Shown: positions 1 through 8,850 of the stretch, piece after piece
Layout of the letters: each line of letters opens with the position of its first letter
Numbering within the stretch: the stretch's first letter is position 1
DNA from: Candidatus Gottesmanbacteria bacterium
GTDB lineage: Bacteria > Patescibacteriota > Microgenomatia > UBA10105 > UBA927
Assembly (NCBI GenBank): GCA_023245355.1
Contig: JAHFKN010000002.1
Coordinates: 136,460 to 200,459 of the forward strand
DNA: 64,000 nucleotides
Direction: 5' to 3'
The notes under the pieces: model-generated
What the model was told of the DNA's origin: nothing
The model's input: the letters and a program-made list of their open reading frames with translations, nothing else
Databases searched by the model: none
Translations under genes and position numbers: made by a program

Positions 1-1019
1 CCGGATTCAGCGGAGGGTTTGGTTTTTTTACGTACGGAGTGCCTAACCGCGTCGGCCTTAACCAATATGGAGCTTGGGGAAGAGCGAAAGCCGGAAAAAT
101 ATATGAAGAAATCCTGCAGGCATATTATAGTTTTGACGGATATCAGGATTTTGACGTAACCATCAAAGTAAATAACGGCGGCGGCATTAACCAGGGGAGT
201 GTTATATGGACCGGAAGCCTTGATGATTATGTGAAACGGGTGTATGAAGTGCCGGATTCATGGACGGATAACGGTTCAGCTGCTCTGAAAGCACAGGCAA
301 TAGCAGTTCGCAGTTATGCGCTGGCGGCAACAGATAAGGGAAATAATTCCATTTGTGCGACACAACAGTGTCAAGTGTTTAAGACTGAGGAAAAAGGCGG
401 GAATTGGAGCGCTGCGGTTGACGCTACATCACATAAAGCAATGGTACAGGGGGGAAATCCTATTAAAGCATTTTTTTCATCTACGCATGGGGGGTATGTC
501 TTTAATACCGGAGATTTGCAGGGGTGGTCAAACACTTCTTATACTAAACGCGCTGTGGATGCGAACGGAGGGATTTCAAGCTTCGGCGATTTGCAAAGCA
601 AAGCATACGACAAAGACAGTCCTTGGTTCTATTGTGATTGGGGCGGCAGGAGTCAATATGGCGGTACAGCATGGCTTAAGCCTGAAGAGGTTGCTGATAT
701 TATCAACGTATTACTTCTGGCAAAAAGAGACAATTCCGCGCAGCCCCATTTGGCCCAGACAGATAAGCCAAATCCAGACGGAACTGACACATGGGACGCC
801 GGCACGGTCCGATCTAAGCTAGGAAGTAGCGCGTATAATTCGATATCTAATATTTCTGTGAGCGCGGATTTCGGTACGGGAAGGGTTACTACTGTTACTG
901 TATCTGGTGACGGGAAAAGTAATTCATTCGACGGAAACGAATTTAAAACATATTTCAACCTCCGGGCGCCTGCCAATATCCAGATCGTGGGTCCCTTGTT
1001 TAACATTGAACGGAAGTAG
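1..1019 (+). CDS. SpoIID/LytB-domain protein, 5' end outside window
   Basis: Frame is open from nt 3 (GFSGGFGFFTYGVPNRVGLNQYGAWGRA...). SpoIID-like motifs VRSYALAAT and CATQQCQVF are present. The track ORF starts at a GTG at 39, but the frame continues upstream. Confidence 0.7.
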   Translation, partial: GFSGGFGFFTYGVPNRVGLNQYGAWGRAKAGKIYEEILQAYYSFDGYQDFDVTIKVNNGGGINQGSVIWTGSLDDYVKRVYEVPDSWTDNGSAALKAQAIAVRSYALAATDKGNNSICATQQCQVFKTEEKGGNWSAAVDATSHKAMVQGGNPIKAFFSSTHGGYVFNTGDLQGWSNTSYTKRAVDANGGISSFGDLQSKAYDKDSPWFYCDWGGRSQYGGTAWLKPEEVADIINVLLLAKRDNSAQPHLAQTDKPNPDGTDTWDAGTVRSKLGSSAYNSISNISVSADFGTGRVTTVTVSGDGKSNSFDGNEFKTYFNLRAPANIQIVGPLFNIERK

Positions 1020-1033
1020 TACAATACTCCACG

Positions 1034-1660
1034 ATGCCCACAGTATTTGAAGAAAAAAAGAAGGACAAAATACTGGTTAACAGGGGCCCGCTCGTGGAGC
1101 GGACAATCATGACTCCGCTCACAAGTTTTGCCGTGAGCCCGGAAGGTATCCGGTTTGAGACGCAGGAGCAGGAAGAAAAAGTTGTATTGTTTTTGCGTCA
1201 GCACCTCGTCGTACTCCTGGGCCCGCTGCTGTTGGTTATTCTCCTTGCGTTAGCGCCCGTACTCATATTTCCCGTACTGTCTCAGTATCTGACATTGCCT
1301 ATAGATGTTCCGATAAGTTATGTCATCGTGGGAACCGCATTTTGGTATGTTGTCACGTTCGGATTTGCACTCATGAGTTTTCTGCGGTGGTTCTTTAATA
1401 TTTATGTCGTGACGGACAAGCGGATTGTAGACATAGATTTTATACACCTTCTGTATAAAGAGTTTTCGGAAGCGAGATTGGACAAGATACAGGACATCAG
1501 CTTCAAAAGCAGCGGAATTTTTTCCGTATTTTTTGATTTCGGCGACGCATACGTGCAGACCGCCGGCGGTGACCTGCCGAACATAGAGTTTTTGGCGGTG
1601 CCCAGCCCCGCGAAAGTCGTGGAAGCGATCAGCGATTTATTGGAAAAACAAAAAACCTGA
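1034..1660 (+). CDS. membrane protein with bacterial PH (bPH_2/YdbT-like) domain
   Basis: Two TM helices followed by YVVTDKRIVDIDF...DISFKSSGIFSVFFDFGDAYVQTAG, the typical bPH_2 pattern. Confidence 0.55.
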   Translation: MPTVFEEKKKDKILVNRGPLVERTIMTPLTSFAVSPEGIRFETQEQEEKVVLFLRQHLVVLLGPLLLVILLALAPVLIFPVLSQYLTLPIDVPISYVIVGTAFWYVVTFGFALMSFLRWFFNIYVVTDKRIVDIDFIHLLYKEFSEARLDKIQDISFKSSGIFSVFFDFGDAYVQTAGGDLPNIEFLAVPSPAKVVEAISDLLEKQKT

Positions 1661-1664
1661 ACCT

Positions 1665-1883
1665 ATGAGTGCAGACGTGACCAATATCATTTTCGTCCTG
1701 TTTAAATTTCTTATCCTCTTCGGATTCGGTCTGTATATCGTGTTTGCTGCAGTAATCCTGCGGCAGGAACAGCTTATGGCCAATGTATTGGAGGAATCAT
1801 TTGAACCGGTTCTAAGGTTTGCGTCATTTCTGCATCTAGTTGCTGCAATAGGGGTTTTTCTTCTTGCGCTCCTCATTCTCTGA
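1665..1883 (+). CDS. small hydrophobic membrane protein
   Basis: 72-aa ORF with two predicted TM helices, tightly spaced after the upstream gene. Confidence 0.4.
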   Translation: MSADVTNIIFVLFKFLILFGFGLYIVFAAVILRQEQLMANVLEESFEPVLRFASFLHLVAAIGVFLLALLIL

Positions 1884-1916
1884 ATGATTTCGTGATACGA
1901 TATCGTTAAGAAACAT

Positions 1917-3752
1917 ATGGTTGATCACACCCGGCCAATCACCGCTTCTGTCGTGGGACTTGCCACGGACATAAAATGGGGACAAGTGCTCCAGACGCCG
2001 CATGCGTACGGGGTTGTCGAAATTCACGCACCCGACGGGGTAGCGAGGGTGCGCGGGGTGCAGCTGCTCACCAAACTTACGAACGCATTTGATGCGCCTC
2101 CCGTATCGCTCGCCGCGCTTTCCGGGCTTGCTGACGCCATGATGAGTGAGGATGTCGTCAGTCTGATTCTTTTGGTTCCCGTAGGGACGACATTGTATCT
2201 GGTGTCACGCGGAATCGGACGCGTGTACTTAAAGCGCGGTAATCAGCTTGCCAAGCTTCTCGAGGGGGAGCAGGCACTCTCCGGTGACGTGCGCCCTAAA
2301 GACACCGTGATTGCGGCAACCAACGGGTTTATCAGGGCGCTTCGCGAGGAAGAAATTATCGGTGTATTCGATCATCTCACTCCTTCGGAGGTTGCGGAAA
2401 AACTGACCATATGCCTGCATGAACACCCCGGAGGAGAGGGGGGAGCAGCATTGATTTTTGAAGTGAATTCCGTAGAAGAGGAAGTCCCCGATGAGTCGGC
2501 AGAACAGGCGGCAAAGGAAATCAAAGTGTCGGTAAACGTACGGCGGACCATTATCCTGACCCGGATGAAAGCAATCGGCCGGAAAGTTATGACCGCCAGT
2601 CAGCGGGCAGGCCTCCGCAGAGCCATAAACCGCATGAGAGCACATAAAGCGTTTTCCCTGCGTCATGTGGTGATTTATGCTGTTCTTGCATTATTTCTCG
2701 TAAGTGTCGTGCTGGGTATCCGCCGGCAGATGACGATGCAGTCACAGGCGAAGTTTTCCGAAGTGCTTATCCAGGCGCAGCATTCGTTTGATGAGGGGAT
2801 GGCGCTGTTGGATCTAAATCCGGTGAAGGGACGGGAACGGCTGACAGCGGCCCGCGATTTGTTGGCCCCCGTTATGCAGAAAAAGCTCCGTTCGGAAGAG
2901 GGGAGAAAAGTACAGGCGCTCTACGATGATGTGGTAGAAAATCTCACCCGGGCGATGCGGGTGACGAATGTTTCGCCGGAATTGTACTTTGACATGTCGC
3001 TTCTAAAAAACGGCGCACAGGCTACCGACATATCGCTTTTTGAACATACCATAGGCGTGTTGGACGCTCCGGGTAAAACGGTATATACGCTCGGGATACC
3101 GACCAAAAACGGTACAATTGTCGGCGGCGGGGAATCGTTCAGCGGAGGAGCGCATATCGCAGCGTACGGAGACAAACTGTATATATGGACACCCCAGGGA
3201 ATCCATCAGATCAGGCTTTCCGATCAGAAAACAGTCTCCGCTATCATACCGGCTTCCCCGGAATGGGGAACGATTACCGATATGGCATCGTTTGGCGGCA
3301 ATCTGTATTTATTGGATACGGCAAAAAGCAGAATTTGGAAATACGTGGCTACGGAAAAAGGATTCAGCACACTGTTTGAGTATTTAAATCCCGATACGCT
3401 GCCGGATCTTACAAAGACGACAAATCTTGCGATAGACGGGTCCGTGTGGTTAGGAACAACAAACGGAAAAATCATGCGGTTTACCTCCGGCAAAGAAAAC
3501 AGTTATGCCCCGCAGGGCGCGGATATCCCGCTCGGCAACCAGCTCAAGGTGTATGCCCATGACCAGGCAAAAATGGTGTATGTGCTCGATAGCGAGCACA
3601 AGCGGGTGGTCGTGTTTGATAAAGACGGGTTGTATATCTCCCAATACGTATGGGACAAGCCGTTTGCCGTGACCGGAATAGTTGTGTCGGAGGCCATCGG
3701 GAAGCTATTATTGCTCGCAGACGGTAAAATCTATGCTATCGATCTTAAGTAA
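1917..3752 (+). CDS. hypothetical membrane protein with C-terminal beta-propeller-like repeats
   Basis: 611-aa ORF with a central TM helix and repeated YVLD/LYLLD-type motifs C-terminally. No confident family. Confidence 0.5.
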   Translation: MVDHTRPITASVVGLATDIKWGQVLQTPHAYGVVEIHAPDGVARVRGVQLLTKLTNAFDAPPVSLAALSGLADAMMSEDVVSLILLVPVGTTLYLVSRGIGRVYLKRGNQLAKLLEGEQALSGDVRPKDTVIAATNGFIRALREEEIIGVFDHLTPSEVAEKLTICLHEHPGGEGGAALIFEVNSVEEEVPDESAEQAAKEIKVSVNVRRTIILTRMKAIGRKVMTASQRAGLRRAINRMRAHKAFSLRHVVIYAVLALFLVSVVLGIRRQMTMQSQAKFSEVLIQAQHSFDEGMALLDLNPVKGRERLTAARDLLAPVMQKKLRSEEGRKVQALYDDVVENLTRAMRVTNVSPELYFDMSLLKNGAQATDISLFEHTIGVLDAPGKTVYTLGIPTKNGTIVGGGESFSGGAHIAAYGDKLYIWTPQGIHQIRLSDQKTVSAIIPASPEWGTITDMASFGGNLYLLDTAKSRIWKYVATEKGFSTLFEYLNPDTLPDLTKTTNLAIDGSVWLGTTNGKIMRFTSGKENSYAPQGADIPLGNQLKVYAHDQAKMVYVLDSEHKRVVVFDKDGLYISQYVWDKPFAVTGIVVSEAIGKLLLLADGKIYAIDLK

Positions 3753-3755
3753 CCC

Positions 3756-4208
3756 ATGAGCACATTCCGGATTGCCAACAAAAAAGCCACATTCGACTAT
3801 GAGATCCTCGACAGGTTTGAAGCGGGGATAACCCTTACGGGCGCTGAGGTAAAGTCGCTCCGCGAGGGGCATGCGAAGCTGGACGGCTCATTTGTGCGCA
3901 TCATAGGCGCTGAGGCGTACCTTGTGAATGCGCAGATTTTTCCCTATCTGTACGCACGGCCGGAGGATTTTGATCCGAAGCGGACCCGGAAGCTTCTGCT
4001 TCACAGAAAAGAGCTTGTCAGCCTGAAAAGCAAGATAGAAGGCGCTGATTTGACGCTTATTCCCATAGCCTGGTATACTAAAGGCCCCTTTGTGAAGCTC
4101 GAGATAGGACTCGCCCGAGGGAAGAAACAGTACGAAAAACGGGAGAAAAAACGACGGGAAGACCAAAAACGGGAACTGGATCGGGAATTCAGGGGGAAAG
4201 TAAAGTAG
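3756..4208 (+). CDS. smpB: SsrA-binding protein SmpB
   Basis: KKATFDYEILDRFEAGITLTGAEVKSLREG...AWYTKG and a basic C-terminal tail are canonical SmpB. Confidence 0.9.
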   Translation: MSTFRIANKKATFDYEILDRFEAGITLTGAEVKSLREGHAKLDGSFVRIIGAEAYLVNAQIFPYLYARPEDFDPKRTRKLLLHRKELVSLKSKIEGADLTLIPIAWYTKGPFVKLEIGLARGKKQYEKREKKRREDQKRELDREFRGKVK

Positions 4209-4626
4209 GGGATGCATCAGATCGACGATGCGGGCACATTGACAAACTGCAAGCCGGCGATGACAAAAGAGCCGCAAAAATTCTTGTCAAATTATAATTG
4301 CTAACACACTTAGCGAGCTTGAGGAAAAGTACGCCTACCTTGTAGAACGACTTATGCTCAAGCGATCCCAGCTGGCTTACGCGCAAGCGTACGTTAACTG
4401 ACAGATCCATCCTGAATATTCTTTTGTCTGGTGAGGATATCAGGGTGTAAACAAAGCCAGGCCGTCAGGCGACTAATGATCGGTAGCCGCCGGAGTATAC
4501 ATTCGATCACCCCTCTGCGGAAGTATTTGTCCGCTTTATCTTTTGCAGAGAATCAAACGGACTACGCTTGTAGAAGTTTTCGACGTGTTCCTTCGGACCC
4601 GGGCTCAACGCCCGGCATCTCCACCC
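4208..4626 (+). ncRNA. ssrA: tmRNA (SsrA)
   Basis: 5' end GGGGATGCATCAGATCGACGATGCGGG resembles E. coli GGGGCTGATTCTGGATTCGACGGG. 3' end GGACCCGGGCTCAACGCCCGGCATCTCCACCCA resembles GGACGCGGGTTCAACTCCCGCCAGCTCCACCA. The acceptor helix GGGGATG/CATCTCC preserves the G3-U70 alanine identity pair with A73. The gene starts on the last base of the smpB stop codon. Confidence 0.75.
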
Positions 4627-4672
4627 ATTCGCGTCCCGCCCTTAACAAGGCGGGGTTCGGGCAAGCAATGTT

Positions 4673-4706
4673 GCCTCCTTGTACAATGGTGCAAGGAGGC
4701 TTTATT
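4673..4706 (+). terminator. intrinsic terminator-like hairpin that embeds the comF Shine-Dalgarno
   Basis: GCCTCCTTG-tacaatggtg-CAAGGAGGC followed by TTTATT. The 3' arm contains AAGGAGG, 7 nt upstream of the GTG at 4707. Confidence 0.5.
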
Positions 4707-5393
4707 GTGTCTGTTTTTGACCTGGTATTTCCCAGGAGGTGCGTGAGTTGCGGCATATTCGGCAGGTATTTTTGCGCTGCCTGCCGATTCAAAGTTCACC
4801 GTATTCCGTCCAATGAATCGATATGTCCGGTTTGTGAGCGTCCTGCTATAGACGGCGCGACGCATCCCCGGTGCCGGACACGCTACACATTAGACGGGCT
4901 TACCAGTTTTTTCCGTTACGAGGGAATTGTCCGTGTGGCCGTCAGAACGCTTAAATACCGGTTCGTGTCTGATCTGGGAGAGGAGTTTATTTCGCTTGTT
5001 TCCGATGAGTGTATCCAAAGCGTGTTACTCCGTGCCGGAGAACATGCCGTGCTTGTGCCCGTACCGCTTCATCGTACGCGGTTGTTGGAGCGGGGATTCA
5101 ATCAGGCAGAGATACTGGCGGTTGCGCTTTCCGGACGTTTGCATCTTCCTATAAGAACCGATATGCTATGCCGCACAAAGAAAACAGCGCCGCAGGTCGG
5201 GATGAAAAAGAGGGAAGCCAGGATAAAAAATATGACAGCGGTGTTTGCTGTCAGGTCCGGTATCGATCTAAAAAACGCCCATGTGGTGCTTTTTGATGAC
5301 GTATGTACGACGGGAGCGACCTTACGGTCCGCCGCCGGCGCGCTGAAACGGAGTGGGGCAGTGTCAGTTTGGGCCGTCACAATGGCCCGTTAG
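4707..5393 (+). CDS. comF: ComF family competence protein (PRTase domain)
   Basis: N-terminal LVFPRRCVSCG zinc-finger-like motif and C-terminal PRTase motif VVLFDDVCTTGATL. Start chosen at the GTG after AAGGAGG; the track ORF from 4431 reads through the tmRNA gene. Confidence 0.8.
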   Translation: MSVFDLVFPRRCVSCGIFGRYFCAACRFKVHRIPSNESICPVCERPAIDGATHPRCRTRYTLDGLTSFFRYEGIVRVAVRTLKYRFVSDLGEEFISLVSDECIQSVLLRAGEHAVLVPVPLHRTRLLERGFNQAEILAVALSGRLHLPIRTDMLCRTKKTAPQVGMKKREARIKNMTAVFAVRSGIDLKNAHVVLFDDVCTTGATLRSAAGALKRSGAVSVWAVTMAR

Positions 5394-5426
5394 ACAGATT
5401 TAATAGGGAATTATACAGGGTAAAGT

Positions 5427-6095
5427 ATGAAAAATAGAGCGTCAGAACAATCCAAATATATAGCAATCGTTGCCGGAGGAACGCTGGACCTGTCACTGTT
5501 GCCGCATATACGGGCTGCCGCAGTCGTCATCGGTGTTGACCGCGGGGCGTTGTGGCTTGTCCGGCATGGGGTATCTCCTGACGTGTCAATCGGTGATTTC
5601 GACTCGGTCACTCTTAGGGAAAAGAAACGGATTCATAATGCATCCGGCATCTACATGGAATACCAACCGGAAAAAGACGCTACCGATCTCGAGTTGGCTA
5701 TCGATCATGCAATATCGCTTAAACCCAAGCACGTGATGCTTTTTGGGGCGCTGGGGAGACGGTTTGATCATGCAATGGGAGCAGTACACATGCTGTTGAG
5801 GCTAGAGTCGCACAATATTTATGGAGTAATTGTGGATAACTTTAGTAAAATAAACATTGTGCGTCGTCAACAGAGGCTATTGCGCAATGCTTCTTATCCC
5901 TACGTTTCGGTTATCCCGGTTGCATCAACCGTGACAGTGACGCTAAAAGGATTTGTGTATGATCTGATACGTAAACCACTTCATGCCGGAACATCTTTGG
6001 GTATCAGTAATGAAATTTCGGGCAAATCAGCCATAATTGACGTCCACCGCGGGCTGGCTATTGTGATACGCAGTACCGACGTATTTGTTAGGTAA
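5427..6095 (+). CDS. thiamine pyrophosphokinase
   Basis: IVAGG...VDRGA...IGDFDS motifs and 222 aa, typical of TPK. Confidence 0.7.
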   Translation: MKNRASEQSKYIAIVAGGTLDLSLLPHIRAAAVVIGVDRGALWLVRHGVSPDVSIGDFDSVTLREKKRIHNASGIYMEYQPEKDATDLELAIDHAISLKPKHVMLFGALGRRFDHAMGAVHMLLRLESHNIYGVIVDNFSKINIVRRQQRLLRNASYPYVSVIPVASTVTVTLKGFVYDLIRKPLHAGTSLGISNEISGKSAIIDVHRGLAIVIRSTDVFVR

Positions 6096-6127
6096 GGGCG
6101 TCATTTCTTGATATAATGACACGTACG

Positions 6128-6216
6128 GGAGGAGTCGCATAGCTTGGTCCATTGCGAGGGTTTGCTAAACCCTTGAGCCGATGAGGCTCGCGTGGGTTCG
6201 AATCCCACCTCCTCCG
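6128..6216 (+). tRNA. tRNA-Ser(GCU), type II
   Basis: Acceptor GGAGGAG/CTCCTCC, 3-bp D stem, anticodon loop TTGCTAA, long variable arm, T loop TTCGAAT, G73. Confidence 0.85.
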
Positions 6217-6283
6217 CCTTCGCTCGCCGAAGCGAGCTACGGCGGACGCAGTCCGCAAGTAGATCGCGAAGGAGAGATACGCA

Positions 6284-6525
6284 TGTATTACGTTTATATT
6301 CTTTCGTGCGCCGATGACGGATCGTATACAGGTTGCACCGATAATTTAAAAGATAGGATTAGTCGTCATCAAAAGGGAAACGTTCCCGCAACAAAAGATA
6401 GACGGCCTGTTAAGCTCATTTTCTACTTTGCGTTTTCTAATAAATATACCGCTTATAATTTTGAGAAATACCTTAAATCTGGTTCAGGAAGAGCGTTTTT
6501 GAAGAAGCATAAAGTAATTAATTAG
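6284..6525 (+). CDS. GIY-YIG nuclease superfamily protein
   Basis: MYYVYIL...DGSYTGCTDNLKDRISRHQKG is the GIY-YIG motif. RBS AAGGAGAG sits upstream. The track ORF from 6181 overlaps the tRNA and is rejected. Confidence 0.75.
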
Positions 6526-6584
6526 CCTCAATTTACCCACACAAAACTTGTTAATCTGGTAGAATACGTCGTTAAGCAGTAGCT

Positions 6585-6667
6585 GGAGGGGTGCTCCGAA
6601 TGGTAAGGAACCAGTCTTGAAAACTGGCGCCCGTAAGGGCTTGCAGGTTCGAGTCCTGTCCCCTCCG
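6585..6667 (+). tRNA. tRNA-Ser(UGA), type II
   Basis: Acceptor GGAGGGG/CCCCTCC, anticodon stem CCAGT/ACTGG with loop CTTGAAA, long variable arm, T loop TTCGAGT, G73. Confidence 0.8.
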
Positions 6668-6675
6668 CAGGCATA

Positions 6676-6760
6676 GGAGAGGTCGCATAGTGGCCTAGTG
6701 CAGCGGTTTACTAAACCGCCATATCGCAAGATATCGTGGGTTCAAATCCCACCCTCTCCG
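6676..6760 (+). tRNA. type II Ser-like tRNA with anticodon ACU (A34)
   Basis: Acceptor GGAGAGG/CCTCTCC, D stem GCA/TGC, anticodon stem GCGGT/ACCGC with 7-nt loop TTACTAA, variable-arm hairpin ATATC-GCAA-GATAT, T loop TTCAAAT, G73. Confidence 0.65.
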
Positions 6761-6768
6761 CCCTTATT

Positions 6769-7218
6769 ATGAAGCCGGGCATTGATTACATCGGTATTTC
6801 TGTCGGCGCACTTATCCTAAACGAGCAGGGAGAGATTTTTTTGACCAAACGCGGAAAGCGGGCCACAAACGAGCGCGGCACGTGGGAAATACCGGGCGGC
6901 AAAGTCCGGTTCGGCGAAACGCTGAAAGCTGCGGTTCTTCGCGAAATGCAGGAAGAGTACGGTGTTGAGATTGTGCTCGCCTATCAGTTTCCTGCTCAGG
7001 ATCATTTGTTGAAAGATGAAAAGCAGCATTGGGTTCCGACCTGCTTTATCGCAACTATTCCGCCCGGTCAGGAGCCCGTGATACGGGAGCCCGACAAGTG
7101 TGAAGCGATCGGCTGGTTCAGCCCGGACAAATTGCCGTCGCCGCTTTCGGTCATTACCAAACTGGATATTGCCACGTATCGCAAATATCTCACAAAGACG
7201 GACGTGAATATGATATAA
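6769..7218 (+). CDS. NUDIX hydrolase
   Basis: Nudix box GGKVRFGETLKAAVLREMQEEYGV. Start set at the ATG after the tRNA; the track ORF from 6736 overlaps the tRNA. Confidence 0.75.
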   Translation: MKPGIDYIGISVGALILNEQGEIFLTKRGKRATNERGTWEIPGGKVRFGETLKAAVLREMQEEYGVEIVLAYQFPAQDHLLKDEKQHWVPTCFIATIPPGQEPVIREPDKCEAIGWFSPDKLPSPLSVITKLDIATYRKYLTKTDVNMI

Positions 7219-7226
7219 AAGTATAT

Positions 7227-7751
7227 ATGGCAACGCACCCGCGCAATCAGGAGTCCAGGGAAGAACAGGAAGAGGTGTATGTAGCATGGACGTCTCCGTC
7301 GCGGCTGTTTAAAAAGCGGGACAGGGAGTTTTTTGTGAATATTTTTGCTATCGTCTTTTTACTTTCCGTCATTCTCGTATTTGTCCGTGAATTCGTGCTT
7401 ATCGCGACTGTTTTGTCCATCGTGTTTTTGATCTATGTGCTCTCTACCGTTCCCCCGGAAGACGTAAAACACCGGGTGACAAACCTTGGCATTGAGAGCG
7501 CCGGACATTTTTACCGGTGGGAGGAGTTTGCAGACTTCTGGTTTGATGAACAATGGGGGCAATATATGGTCGTGCTCCGTCCGTTTACGTCACCGAGAAT
7601 CATCGTACTTCTCGGCGACCAGAAAAGGGAAAAAATCAGGGAACTGATTGCGCGCCATATTCCGTTCCGCGAAGAACCCGACAGATCCTGGGTGGACAAT
7701 GCGGCCCGCTGGATATCGGAAAAAATCCCGCTAGAAAAGCCTCAAGCCTAG
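7227..7751 (+). CDS. hypothetical membrane protein
   Basis: 174 aa, acidic N-terminus, two TM helices, soluble C-terminal domain. No confident family. Confidence 0.5.
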   Translation: MATHPRNQESREEQEEVYVAWTSPSRLFKKRDREFFVNIFAIVFLLSVILVFVREFVLIATVLSIVFLIYVLSTVPPEDVKHRVTNLGIESAGHFYRWEEFADFWFDEQWGQYMVVLRPFTSPRIIVLLGDQKREKIRELIARHIPFREEPDRSWVDNAARWISEKIPLEKPQA

Positions 7752-7788
7752 TCACGGCCCGCCGTTTTGGTGTACAATACTTTCACTC

Positions 7789-7860
7789 GCGCCCATAGTT
7801 CAATGGATAGAATAGGAGCTTGCGGAGCTTCTGATACAGGTTCGACTCCTGTTGGGCGTA
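7789..7860 (+). tRNA. tRNA-Arg(GCG), tentative isotype
   Basis: Acceptor GCGCCCA/TGGGCGT with a G1-U72 wobble, D arm TAGTTCAATGGATAGAAT, anticodon stem GGAGC/GCTTC with loop TTGCGGA, T loop TTCGACT, A73. Confidence 0.7.
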
Positions 7861-7865
7861 CTCGT

Positions 7866-8279
7866 ATGACGATAGCCATTTGCGGAAGTCTCACGTTCCA
7901 CGCTGACATGCGTAGTGTCCAGGAAACGCTTACCAAATTGGGACACAAGGCGATTGTTCCTAAAAGCCTGCGCCTTATAGAGCATGAAGGGTTTCAAAAA
8001 CCGAAAACCGTTTCCGAGCGTCTGAAAGCGGAAGCCAAATACGATTTCATCCGCGAGCATTTCCGTGCAATTGAATCTTCTGATGCGATTCTGGTGGTAA
8101 ACCCTGCTCATCACGGGATTTCCGGGTATATCGGCGGAAACACATTTCTGGAAATGGGAGTTGCGTTCTATCTTCAAAAACCAATCTATCTTCTCAACCC
8201 CGTGCCGTCGATGGAGTATGAACTGGAACTTGCCGCCATGCATCCGGTCGTTCTGAACGGTGAGCTGGCGCGGATTTAA
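7866..8279 (+). CDS. nucleoside 2-deoxyribosyltransferase-like protein
   Basis: MTIAICGS N-terminus and YIGGNTFLEMGVAF matching the catalytic-Glu motif S/GxG(T/V)xxE(L/M)GxA of the NDT superfamily. The track ORF from 7767 overlaps the tRNA. Confidence 0.7.
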   Translation: MTIAICGSLTFHADMRSVQETLTKLGHKAIVPKSLRLIEHEGFQKPKTVSERLKAEAKYDFIREHFRAIESSDAILVVNPAHHGISGYIGGNTFLEMGVAFYLQKPIYLLNPVPSMEYELELAAMHPVVLNGELARI

Positions 8280-8324
8280 TTTTTCGTGTCCTGAACTGAT
8301 TTGCAGTATAATTGGCGGACTGAT

Positions 8325-8413
8325 GGAAAGGTGCCGGAGCGGCTAAACGGCCAGGTCTCGAAAACCTTGGGGGTCTTACAAGGCCCACGGGAGTTCAAAT
8401 CTCCCCCTTTCCG
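8325..8413 (+). tRNA. tRNA-Ser(CGA), type II
   Basis: Acceptor GGAAAGG/CCTTTCC, anticodon loop CTCGAAA, long variable arm, T arm GGGAG-TTCAAAT-CTCCC, G73. Confidence 0.8.
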
Positions 8414-8430
8414 CCCGAGAGTTAGGTATT

Positions 8431-8850
8431 ATGACAATTACTATTTGCGGTTCCATGCAATTTCATAAAGAGATGGCCTCAGTCCGTGACCAGTTGCTGG
8501 CTCGCGGATTCAAGGTGTTTGTGCCGGGAGAACTGGACGATATTCACAAAAACGAGTCCTACATGGATACGGATGAGGAGCGGATTACCGTGAAAATCGA
8601 ATACGATTTCATCCGCGAGCATTTCCGCAAAATTGAGCAGGCGGATGCAATTTTGATCCTCAATTACGAGAAAAAGGGAATCCCCGGATATATCGGCGGA
8701 AATACGTTTTTGGAAATGGGATATGCGTTCGGATTGGGGAAAAAGGTGTATTTGCTGTACGGGGTTCCCGACATGGATTATAAAACGGAAATGTTTGCAA
8801 TCCAGCCTGTCGTGATAGACGGGGATTTGTCCAGGATTCCACTTGCTTAA
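8431..8850 (+). CDS. nucleoside 2-deoxyribosyltransferase-like protein (paralog of 7866-8279)
   Basis: MTITICGS N-terminus and YIGGNTFLEMGYAF. It shares the YDFIREHFR block with the upstream paralog. Confidence 0.7.
   Translation: MTITICGSMQFHKEMASVRDQLLARGFKVFVPGELDDIHKNESYMDTDEERITVKIEYDFIREHFRKIEQADAILILNYEKKGIPGYIGGNTFLEMGYAFGLGKKVYLLYGVPDMDYKTEMFAIQPVVIDGDLSRIPLA

Noticed and set aside
4431-4706. 5' part of track ORF 4431-5393 (extended ComF)
   Set aside because: This stretch is the tmRNA gene plus a terminator hairpin. The ComF homology begins only at LVFPRRCVSCG, and a perfect SD precedes the GTG at 4707.
6181-6283. N-terminal extension of the GIY-YIG ORF (track ORF 6181-6525)
   Set aside because: It overlaps the 3' half of tRNA-Ser(GCU) and two GC-rich hairpins. 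The conserved GIY-YIG protein starts at MYYVYIL with its own RBS.
6736-6768. N-terminal extension of the NUDIX ORF from 6736
   Set aside because: It overlaps the T arm and acceptor stem of the ACU tRNA.
7767-7865. N-terminal extension of the NDT-like ORF from 7767
   Set aside because: It reads straight through tRNA-Arg(GCG). The paralog alignment shows the true start at MTIAICGS.
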